From positions 44 through 64,043 of the forward strand of contig CAJXBI010000005.1 of NCBI GenBank assembly GCA_913050005.1: DNA of 64,000 nt, given 5' to 3'. How positions within the stretch are numbered: position 1 is the stretch's first letter; each line of letters opens with the position of its first letter. The notes beneath the pieces are model-generated. The model had not been told where the DNA came from. It was given only the letters and a program-made list of their open reading frames with translations, and did not search any database. The translations under genes and the position numbers were made by a program. Source of the stretch: an uncultured Bacteroidota bacterium (GTDB lineage: Bacteria; Bacteroidota; Bacteroidia; NS11-12g; UBA9320). Shown piece by piece: positions 56,636 to 64,000 of this stretch.

Positions 56636-57639
56636 AAAAACGCCCGATAGTTTTGTATGACTAATTTAAATTTATCAATGGTTTGCTCTAAACCGTCTTG
56701 ACTTGCACCACCGGCAGCATTTTTGTGCCCTCCACCATTAAAATTTTCTGCACTTAAAATATTACATGGAAAAGCATCTACACTTCTAAAACTCATTTTT
56801 ACCAAAGGTCCTCTGTCAATTATTAACGCACTCATCTTAACTCCAGCAATACCCAGACCGTAATTCACAAAACCCTCTGTATCTCCTGTCACAATATTAA
56901 ATCGTTCAATTTCTTCAAGCGTCAAATATCCTAAAGCAACTCTTCCCTCTTCTAAAATTTCCAAATTATTGGATAGCAAATGCCCCAAAAGCTGGAGCCG
57001 TTCTAGTCTGTTTTGATCAAATAACGATCGATAAATTTTATCAGGTATTACCCCTAAATCCATTAAATCTGCTGCTGTTCTAATGGTTGTACTTGTAGTA
57101 CTTGAAAACCGAAAAGAACCGGTATCTGTGATCAAACCAGTATAAATGCACTGTCCTACTTTCTCATTCATCAAAGTATAATCTAAATGCTTATTGATAT
57201 ATCGATAAATTAACTCACAGGTGGAACTTGCACCAATTTCAACAAACCTTTCATCGTCAAAATCTTCAGGACTTTGGTGATGATCAATTAGGACAATTAC
57301 AGCCTTGCTTTTTCTAACCATTTCTCCCATATGGTTTATTCTGCTTAACGCATTAAAGTCCAGACAAAATATGTAATCTGCATCTTTAATTTCATTATCA
57401 CACACTTGCATATCATCCTCATAAATTCTTACATCGTTATTCCCGGGCAGCCAATTTAAATTGGATGCATAATCTGTTGGAACAATCACACTTGAATTTA
57501 TCCCAGCATTCTTAAAATAGTTATATAAACCCAAAGTCGATCCCATTGCGTCACCGTCAGGTTTATGGTGAGCAGTTATAATGATTTTCTCAGAGTGGTT
57601 TCTTAACTGATTGAGGTTATGGCGTATTGTATCTTGCAC
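56632..57639 (-). CDS. nrnA: Bifunctional oligoribonuclease / pAp phosphatase NrnA (DHH-DHHA1 family)
   Basis: It has the motifs [17 protein letters not shown] (DHH) and GGGHKNAAG (DHHA1). 335 aa. Confidence 0.85.
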   Translation of the reverse strand: MQDTIRHNLNQLRNHSEKIIITAHHKPDGDAMGSTLGLYNYFKNAGINSSVIVPTDYASNLNWLPGNNDVRIYEDDMQVCDNEIKDADYIFCLDFNALSRINHMGEMVRKSKAVIVLIDHHQSPEDFDDERFVEIGASSTCELIYRYINKHLDYTLMNEKVGQCIYTGLITDTGSFRFSSTTSTTIRTAADLMDLGVIPDKIYRSLFDQNRLERLQLLGHLLSNNLEILEEGRVALGYLTLEEIERFNIVTGDTEGFVNYGLGIAGVKMSALIIDRGPLVKMSFRSVDAFPCNILSAENFNGGGHKNAAGGASQDGLEQTIDKFKLVIQNYRAFL

Positions 57640-57713
57640 TGTTTTTATTTACAACAAAACTCGTAAAAAGAACGGGATATTTCTATTTTTGCCATCCTTT
57701 AAAAAAAAACCTA

Positions 57714-58130
57714 ATGTCTAACATTACATTTACCATGATAAAACCAGATGCTGTGGCAAACAAACACACTGGAAAAATTATTGACGATATTATTGCTGGA
57801 GGCTTTTCAATCAAAGCAATGAAGTACATTCACCTTTCTAAAGAAAAGGCCGAAGCATTTTATGGCATCCATAGAAAACGTCCTTTTTTTGCTGACTTAG
57901 TATCCTTCATGACTTCAGGCCCAATTATAGCTGCAGTATTAACAAAAGATAACGCAGTAATAGACTTTCGTGCACTAATTGGTGCAACAAATCCGGAAGA
58001 AGCTGCTGAAGGAACTATTCGCAAAAAGTATGCAAAATCTATTGACGCAAATGCTATTCATGGAAGTGACAGTGACGAAAATGCCGCAATCGAAGCATCA
58101 TTTTTCTTCTCTGCATTTGAGATTTTTTAA
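57714..58130 (+). CDS. ndk: Nucleoside-diphosphate kinase
   Basis: Start moved to the ATG at 57714 ([14 protein letters not shown]). The active-site region NAIHGSDS is present. The result is 138 aa. A TAnnTTTG box (TATTTTTG, 57684-57691) lies 22 nt upstream. Confidence 0.92.
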   Translation: MSNITFTMIKPDAVANKHTGKIIDDIIAGGFSIKAMKYIHLSKEKAEAFYGIHRKRPFFADLVSFMTSGPIIAAVLTKDNAVIDFRALIGATNPEEAAEGTIRKKYAKSIDANAIHGSDSDENAAIEASFFFSAFEIF

Positions 58131-58314
58131 TATTATTTAAGAGTATTTTCACCTAAACTTAAGTATGATATAATTCCTATCAAACATCTGAAGATTTTTA
58201 ATGAAAACACCATTACTCTTAAAAGATTAATAGTAAATTAGTAGCATAATTAGAATAAGCTTGTTATTGTTTCGTTTTAAATGGACAAATCTGTGACAGT
58301 AAAGTAATCTTAAC

Positions 58315-60396
58315 ATGAAATTTAGAAATGTATTTTTTCTGCTCGGACCGTTAGTTTTTGTAGCTTTTGGCTTCTATACCAAACATCAAGACCTTGGTGA
58401 GGATATTTTACTTAGAGCCATTAATTTAAACCTTCAAAATGCCCACTACGACCCTGTAGCAATCGATGATGATTTTTCAAAAAAAGCATTCCAACTTTAC
58501 ATTGACAATCTGGATGCTAACAAACGATTATTTCTTCAATCTGACATTGACGAACTAAATTATTTTAGAACAACAATAGACGACGAAATCATCAATGGAA
58601 CATCCTTTTTTTTTGATAAATCCTTGAACATTATTAATCAAAGAACTGCTTTAACAGAACAGTATTTCGAAGAAATTTTAAATCAAACAATGGATTTTAA
58701 TAACGAGGAAATTGTCGACTTCGGAGATGAAATTCCATATACCAAAAGTGAGGAAGAATTGAAAAATCGCTGGAGAAAATACCTCAAGTATAGTGTACTT
58801 ACTCGCCTGCACGCAGATCTTAAAGCTCAAGAAAAATCAATTGAAAACAAGGATACTTCTTTTACGCCCAAACCAATGGACACAATTCAAGCAATTGCTA
58901 GAAGAAGTGTTTTAAAAACACACAGAGATTGGTACAAAAGAATTTATAGACTTGACCGAAAAGACCGACTGGCTGTTTATGCAAATAGTATTACTGCAGT
59001 CTACGATCCGCATACAAATTATTTTCCACCCGAGCAAAAAGAAGATTTTGACATTCAAATGTCTGGGCGACTAGAAGGCATTGGAGCTCAACTTCAAGAA
59101 AAAGGTGGATATATAAAAATTACAAATATCATTCCTGGCGGACCATCCTCGCTTCAAGGAGAGCTTCAAGCTAATGACCTAATTCTAAAAGTAGCTCAAG
59201 AGGGTAAAGAACCCGTTGAAATTATTGATTGGAGAATAAGTGATGCCGTCAAAATTATTCGTGGACCAAAGGGGTCGAAAGTGACGCTCACAGTTCGAAA
59301 GCCAGATGGCAATGAAAAAGACATCACTATTACTCGAGATATTGTTGTTTTGGAAGAAACTTACGCCAAATCACTGATACTAAGTGATGAAGATAAAATT
59401 AAAGCAGGATATATTTACTTACCAAGTTTTTACGCAGATTTTCAAAATCCACAAGGAAGATTTAGCTGGAAGGATGTAAAAAAAGAATTAGAAAAACTAA
59501 GTGACGAAAAAGTAGAAGGAATAATCCTTGACCTGAGAAATAATGGAGGTGGCTCACTTGACGATGTCGTTAAAATGGGTGGATTATTCATCGATAAAGG
59601 GCCTATTGTTCAAGTAAAAGAAAAAGGAAGATCGTCTCAAATTCTTGAAGATCGATACGCAGGAGCAGAATGGGAAGGCCCATTAGTTATTATGGTAAAC
59701 GAATTTAGTGCCTCAGCATCTGAAATTATGGCTGCTGCTATGCAAGATTATGACCGAGCTATTATAATCGGGTCTAATTCTACGCACGGTAAAGGTACCG
59801 TTCAACGATTCTTACCACTTAACCGAACCTTACGTAATAAAAATATTCCTGATATTGGAAGCATTAAACTTACTATACAAAAATTCTATCGAATCAATGG
59901 TGATGCTACCCAACTTAAAGGCGTTCGCTCTGACGTAATCGTTCCTGACAACTATATGTACTTAGAAACTGGTGAACAAGAACATGACTATCCACTTCCG
60001 TGGGACCAAATAAAAAGCTCTAACTACGATAAAAACAGCTACTCTATTTCTGATAAAATTATCAAAAAGAGTCAGTCAAGAGTTAATAAAAATAGAACCT
60101 TCAACCTTATTGAAGAGAATGCAAAACGTTGGGAAAAACAACGTGAAAATTCAACCTATCCACTAAGTTTTTTAGCATATTCAGAATTCAAATCAAAAGA
60201 GAAAAAAGAGGGCGAAAAATTTAAAATGATTGGTAAAGAAAAAATTGAAAATTTTAACGTTTTAAACCCAAGTATAGATAATGCAATTATCCAAGCAGAA
60301 GAATCTCGTATCAAACGAAATACTGACTGGATTAATGCTATTAATAAAAATCCATACATTTACGAAGCTCTTCAGATAATTGAAGATTTAAATTAA
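58315..60396 (+). CDS. Carboxy-terminal processing (tail-specific) peptidase, S41 family
   Basis: It has a PDZ domain (GIGAQLQEKGGYIKITNIIPGGPSSLQG), a catalytic Ser region (NEFSASASEIMA) and a Lys region (HGKGTVQ). 693 aa. Confidence 0.85.
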   Translation: MKFRNVFFLLGPLVFVAFGFYTKHQDLGEDILLRAINLNLQNAHYDPVAIDDDFSKKAFQLYIDNLDANKRLFLQSDIDELNYFRTTIDDEIINGTSFFFDKSLNIINQRTALTEQYFEEILNQTMDFNNEEIVDFGDEIPYTKSEEELKNRWRKYLKYSVLTRLHADLKAQEKSIENKDTSFTPKPMDTIQAIARRSVLKTHRDWYKRIYRLDRKDRLAVYANSITAVYDPHTNYFPPEQKEDFDIQMSGRLEGIGAQLQEKGGYIKITNIIPGGPSSLQGELQANDLILKVAQEGKEPVEIIDWRISDAVKIIRGPKGSKVTLTVRKPDGNEKDITITRDIVVLEETYAKSLILSDEDKIKAGYIYLPSFYADFQNPQGRFSWKDVKKELEKLSDEKVEGIILDLRNNGGGSLDDVVKMGGLFIDKGPIVQVKEKGRSSQILEDRYAGAEWEGPLVIMVNEFSASASEIMAAAMQDYDRAIIIGSNSTHGKGTVQRFLPLNRTLRNKNIPDIGSIKLTIQKFYRINGDATQLKGVRSDVIVPDNYMYLETGEQEHDYPLPWDQIKSSNYDKNSYSISDKIIKKSQSRVNKNRTFNLIEENAKRWEKQRENSTYPLSFLAYSEFKSKEKKEGEKFKMIGKEKIENFNVLNPSIDNAIIQAEESRIKRNTDWINAINKNPYIYEALQIIEDLN

Positions 60397-60400
60397 TAGA

Positions 60401-61855
60401 CTACTGTTCTTTCCTCCTTGGGACTGCATGCGCACTCAATACGGCCTTTTTAGCATTTTTTACCTCTATTGATCCCTTCTCAGCCCAAAGTACTTTACGG
60501 GCGTGTTTAAGCGCCTCAGTAACATCAACTATTGGATTAGGGTAGGAAGTTTTAATGTTGAATAAACTGCGTTCCATTTCGTTCATTTTCCATGGTTCAT
60601 GAATATGATTCTTTGGGAAATCGATTAATTCAGGAATCCATTTTTTGATAAAAACACCCTCCGGATCGTGATCTTTAGCTTGCTTTATTGGATTGTAAAT
60701 TCTAATGGTATTTATGCCCGTAACAGAAGCCTGCATTTGAAACTGAGGATAGTGAATACCCGGTTCGAAATCTGTAAATTGTTTAGCAAGGTATTGAATA
60801 CCGTCGTCCCAATTTTGAAGTAATACGTGTGTCAAAAATGAGACTAACATTGCCCGCATTCGAAAATTTATATAACCCGTTTTAACAACACATCGCATAC
60901 AGGCATCAACAAGAGGTATTCCTGTATTACCCTCTTCCCAACTTTTAATGTAAGCACTATTTGATTCTCTCCTCAATGATACATAACCCTTATTTTGAGG
61001 AAGAAACTCCATTTCTATTTCCTGTTCAAACTTTTGAATAAAATGGCAGTGCCATCTCAGCCTTGATAAAAAGGCATTTAAATTTCTTTTATTTCCACTT
61101 GCTTTTGCTTGATAACCAGCTTGATAAACTTTACGTATACCTATATTTCCCCAAGCTATGTGTGCGGATAATCTACTGCAAGAATTTCTGCTTTCCGTTG
61201 GTTTTGATATGTGATAAGAATACTTTAAACTCCTATTACAGATAAAATCTTCAAGTACATTTATTGCAGATTCTTCACCCCCTTGCTGAAAATTACTATC
61301 ACTCTCCAAATTCATAAAATAATTTGGTTTGAACTTTTCAGATTTGAACAATAGGGTTTTTAATTGTTTTAAATCCAATCTTGTTTCAGAACTGTGCATA
61401 TAAGCATACCAATTCTTGACCCAATTATTCCTGTTTTTTATCCCTCTAATAACTCCATTTTGTTGAAACTCAGTCCATAAAATTTTTTCGCTATCAACCC
61501 ACTTTTTTAATCTCTTATCAATAGAATATGAAAAACTCAGTCCTGTTTCCTGATGAGAGTAGATGTTATTAATGTGAAATTTTGAGTGAATATTTTTAAA
61601 TATTTCAAGTGTATCGCCCTCCAAGACCGTCAATTTTTGACCGTGAACCTTCAATTGTTTGGCCATATTTTTCAGACTGTCTTTTGCAAACTGCCAGTGT
61701 CGGTTGGAATAATGAGGGTTATGAATGTACTCATATTCTAGTATGTATAGCAATACTACAGGCAAATTCTGGTCTATCGAAAACGATAAGGGCTCATGAT
61801 CTTTGAATCGAAGGTCTCTCTTAAACCATACAATATTTACTTCTTGTCTAACCAA
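60401..61855 (-). CDS. Cryptochrome/photolyase family (CPF) protein, subfamily not assigned
   Basis: It has an N-terminal photolyase alpha/beta domain (IVWFKRDLRFKDHEPL). The C-terminal FAD-binding domain reads GIPLVDACMRCV...GYINFRMRAMLVSFL...IRIYNP. 484 aa. Confidence 0.75.
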   Translation of the reverse strand: MVRQEVNIVWFKRDLRFKDHEPLSFSIDQNLPVVLLYILEYEYIHNPHYSNRHWQFAKDSLKNMAKQLKVHGQKLTVLEGDTLEIFKNIHSKFHINNIYSHQETGLSFSYSIDKRLKKWVDSEKILWTEFQQNGVIRGIKNRNNWVKNWYAYMHSSETRLDLKQLKTLLFKSEKFKPNYFMNLESDSNFQQGGEESAINVLEDFICNRSLKYSYHISKPTESRNSCSRLSAHIAWGNIGIRKVYQAGYQAKASGNKRNLNAFLSRLRWHCHFIQKFEQEIEMEFLPQNKGYVSLRRESNSAYIKSWEEGNTGIPLVDACMRCVVKTGYINFRMRAMLVSFLTHVLLQNWDDGIQYLAKQFTDFEPGIHYPQFQMQASVTGINTIRIYNPIKQAKDHDPEGVFIKKWIPELIDFPKNHIHEPWKMNEMERSLFNIKTSYPNPIVDVTEALKHARKVLWAEKGSIEVKNAKKAVLSAHAVPRRKEQ

Positions 61856-61928
61856 AAGTAAAATTAAAACACAATACCTAAAACAATGTTCACCTGAACT
61901 AAATCATGAAAAGCACGTTAATATAATT

Positions 61929-62600
61929 ATGAGCAAACGCATACTTATAGTTGGAGGAAATTCCGGAATTGGTGAAAAACTAAATAAACTATTACAAGAA
62001 GAGGGAAAAGAAACTATTCTAATGAGTAGAAGTCAAGGTGGAGTTGACATCCAAGAAGACGAACCTAATTTTCCAGAAATTAAGGGAGCAATTGATGCAC
62101 TGGTTTATTGTCCAGGTAGTATTAATTTAAAGCCATTTAGAGGTCTTAAATTAGCCGATTTTCAACACGATTTAACAATAAATTATTTAGGTGCTGTAAA
62201 AACTATAAAAAACTATTTACCAAATCTAAAAGAATCAGAACATGCTAGTATTACGCTTTTTAGCACTGTTGCAGTTCAAAAAGGAATGCATTTTCATAGC
62301 AGTATCGCTGGTGCAAAAGGTGCTTTAGAGGGATTAACGCGAGCATTAGCTGCAGAGCTAGCTCCTAAAATTAGAGTGAATTGTATTGCTCCAAGCCTTA
62401 CAGAAACTCCCATGGCTGAAAAACTTTTAAGAAATGAAAAACAAAGAGAAGGAGCTGAACAGAGACATCCACTCAAATCGATCGGAGCATCCAGCGATAT
62501 AGCATACATGGCTCAATTCTTAATAAGTGAAAAAGCCCGATGGATTAGCGGACAAATTATGGGTATAGATGGTGGAATGAGTAGTTTATCCAACGGATAA
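61929..62600 (+). CDS. SDR-family (short-chain dehydrogenase/reductase fold) protein, atypical active site
   Basis: Start moved to the ATG at 61929 ([18 protein letters not shown], a Rossmann motif). It reads [10 protein letters not shown] where classical SDRs have YxxSKxAL. 223 aa. Confidence 0.7.
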   Translation: MSKRILIVGGNSGIGEKLNKLLQEEGKETILMSRSQGGVDIQEDEPNFPEIKGAIDALVYCPGSINLKPFRGLKLADFQHDLTINYLGAVKTIKNYLPNLKESEHASITLFSTVAVQKGMHFHSSIAGAKGALEGLTRALAAELAPKIRVNCIAPSLTETPMAEKLLRNEKQREGAEQRHPLKSIGASSDIAYMAQFLISEKARWISGQIMGIDGGMSSLSNG

Positions 62601-62629
62601 GACTTCCAAATCAAGTTCCAGGACCTAGA

Positions 62630-62764
62630 ATGCACAAAAAAAATAACCTCCCATCTAAATTATGCGTTTCGTGTGGTCTGCCATTTAATTGGCGTAAAAA
62701 ATGGGAAAGAAACTGGGAAAACGTAAAGTATTGCAGTGAACGTTGTCGAAGAAATAAAGAATAA
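62630..62764 (+). CDS. DUF2256 zinc-ribbon protein (44 aa), not in the ORF track
   Basis: An ATG at 62630 and a TAA at 62762-62764 give [44 protein letters not shown]. The CxxC...WRKKW...KYCSxRC pattern is the DUF2256 signature. Its 3' end overlaps the Cry-DASH start by 29 nt. Confidence 0.75.
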   Translation: MHKKNNLPSKLCVSCGLPFNWRKKWERNWENVKYCSERCRRNKE

Positions 62765-63953
62765 AAAGATCGTACATTGGTTTAGAAATGACCAGCGGAT
62801 ATCCGATCACGAAATAATATCTAATCATCATACATTAAAATCAATTCGTTGTTTTTATCTCATGGATGCCAAGTGGTCTAAATATCACCAACTTGGGTTT
62901 CCTTTTATCGGTGAAAAAAGAAAGCAATTCTTACAAGAATCTATTCAAGAATTAAAAAACGACCTTGAAAAGCTAGGCATAGATTTAACCGTTATTCATA
63001 ATTCTAGCGAGCTAAAAGAGATCCAAATTGATGGTGATGAAATCTTAACATACCAAAAGTTATTTGGTACTGAAGAAATAAAAATAGAACAAACCATTAT
63101 TTCCTCATTTGCCAAAAGCATCGCAATTGACAACTTTACATTAACTGATAGCCTAACACTTCCTTTTGAGTTAGACAAAACACCCAATGTATTTAGCTCA
63201 TTTAGAAAGAAAATAGAAAAGTACGGCTCGTTCCAAAATCCAATAATACTTCCTGACATTCCCGAGGTGAGCCAACCCTATTATATGTCTGGAGGTGAAC
63301 AACACGCTATTCACCGACTTAACTATTATTTTTACGAACAAAAACTTCTGTTAACGTACAAAGAGACCCGTAACGGAATGCTTGGAACAAACTTCAGTAG
63401 CAGATTTAGTCCATGGCTTTCTAATGGTAATATTTCTGCCCGAACTATATACTACTTTATAAAAGATTGCGAGGAAAAATTTATATCAAATTCATCTACT
63501 TACTGGTTGGTTTTTGAATTATTATGGCGAGACTTTTTTCAATTTCAGTTGCGTAAATATGGTTCTTTATTTTTTCAAAAAAATGGCATAAATGGAAAAT
63601 CAATTGCATACAGAAATCATGAAGATACCTTTTGGAATTGGGCCAATGGAACAACTGGTGATGATTTGGTAGACGCCAACATGATAGAACTCAAAACAAC
63701 AGGTTGGATGAGCAATAGAGGTAGGCAAAATGTTGCAAGTTATCTCGTTCACGATTTAAACATTAACTGGCGATGGGGAGCAGCATGGATGGAAAGCCAA
63801 TTGATTGATTATGACCCAGCAAGTAATTGGGGGAATTGGATGTACATAGCTGGTGTTGGTAACGACCCTCGACCATTCCGAAAGTTTAACACAAAAGGTC
63901 AGGCAGAACGCTACGACTCTGAAGGGAATTACAGAAATAAATGGCTGAAATAA
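62736..63953 (+). CDS. Cryptochrome DASH family protein (ssDNA photolyase-like)
   Basis: Motifs present: [72 protein letters not shown]. The GTG start is taken from the track and is uncertain. Confidence 0.85.
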   Translation: MNVVEEIKNKKIVHWFRNDQRISDHEIISNHHTLKSIRCFYLMDAKWSKYHQLGFPFIGEKRKQFLQESIQELKNDLEKLGIDLTVIHNSSELKEIQIDGDEILTYQKLFGTEEIKIEQTIISSFAKSIAIDNFTLTDSLTLPFELDKTPNVFSSFRKKIEKYGSFQNPIILPDIPEVSQPYYMSGGEQHAIHRLNYYFYEQKLLLTYKETRNGMLGTNFSSRFSPWLSNGNISARTIYYFIKDCEEKFISNSSTYWLVFELLWRDFFQFQLRKYGSLFFQKNGINGKSIAYRNHEDTFWNWANGTTGDDLVDANMIELKTTGWMSNRGRQNVASYLVHDLNINWRWGAAWMESQLIDYDPASNWGNWMYIAGVGNDPRPFRKFNTKGQAERYDSEGNYRNKWLK

Positions 63954-64000
63954 TAGGTATAGACTTCGGTGCTCAATTGAGTGGAAATAGTGTTATTGCC
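63941..64000 (+). CDS. Start of an unidentified ORF (partial, runs off the window)
   Basis: The ATG at 63941 overlaps the Cry-DASH stop by 13 nt. It reads [20 protein letters not shown] with no stop before the window end. That is too short to name. Confidence 0.3.
   Translation, partial: MAEIIGIDFGAQLSGNSVIA

Noticed and set aside
57627-57713. N-terminal extensions of ndk (57627), the SDR (61803), the secreted protein (32804) and the acyloxyacyl hydrolase (19762) in the track
   Set aside because: Each extension overlaps the neighbouring gene. Each is followed by an in-frame ATG that yields a canonical N-terminus or signal peptide (57714, 61929, 32846, 19681).
58138-58224. 9-bp inverted repeat TTAAGAGTA / TACTCTTAA about 70 nt apart downstream of ndk
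   Set aside because: In an AT-rich 184-bp spacer, a single 9-bp inverted match is not far from chance expectation. The arms do not extend and no T-tract follows.
1-64000. Search by eye for CRISPR arrays, IS/transposase or integrase genes, tRNA/rRNA genes, toxin-antitoxin pairs, reverse transcriptases and restriction-modification or other defence genes
   Set aside because: None was recognised. All ORFs >=60 aa are accounted for by housekeeping, envelope or secreted-protein genes or by antisense artefacts. No long perfect direct repeats were noticed. A computational repeat and ncRNA scan is still needed to be sure.

Overview
Low-GC chromosomal segment (hand-counted 60-nt lines are mostly 25-35% GC) that reads as Bacteroidota, probably Flavobacteriia-like. 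Supporting evidence: a contiguous gldA-gldF-gldG gliding-motility ABC transporter, three proteins with visible T9SS C-terminal sorting domains plus a giant PKD-repeat surface protein, type III glutamine synthetase, DUF2723/DUF4271/DUF2795/DUF2807 families, and TTG-N18/19-TAnnTTTG promoter boxes. There are about 50 tightly packed protein genes, mostly housekeeping: hemW, hemD-like, tyrS, polA, lpxH, prfA, glnN, rlmN, rlmB, rimP-nusA-infB, nrnA, ndk and an S41 protease. I saw no rRNA, tRNA, CRISPR array, transposase/integrase or recognisable defence genes. The ORF track misses four things: (1) a >1856-codon minus-strand ORF filling 1-5569 that runs off the window edge; (2) a 43-aa lipoprotein ORF at 13922-14053; (3) a 44-aa DUF2256 zinc-ribbon ORF at 62630-62764; (4) a partial ORF starting at 63941. 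Several track ORFs carry spurious N-terminal extensions, and I re-assigned those starts. I do not see a self-contained, clearly novel system such as a defence island. The best leads are: a translationally coupled six-gene module joining a T9SS adhesin-like protein, GldAFG, a PagL-like acyloxyacyl hydrolase and a GIN-domain lipoprotein; a sharp GC/CpG-rich mosaic segment inside the giant adhesin gene; an intrinsic-terminator hairpin in the rimP-nusA-infB leader; a degenerate retropepsin-like extension on an OmpA-family protein; and a cryptochrome/photolyase cluster with an SDR that appears to lack the catalytic Tyr. All family calls come from reading motifs by eye, not from searches.
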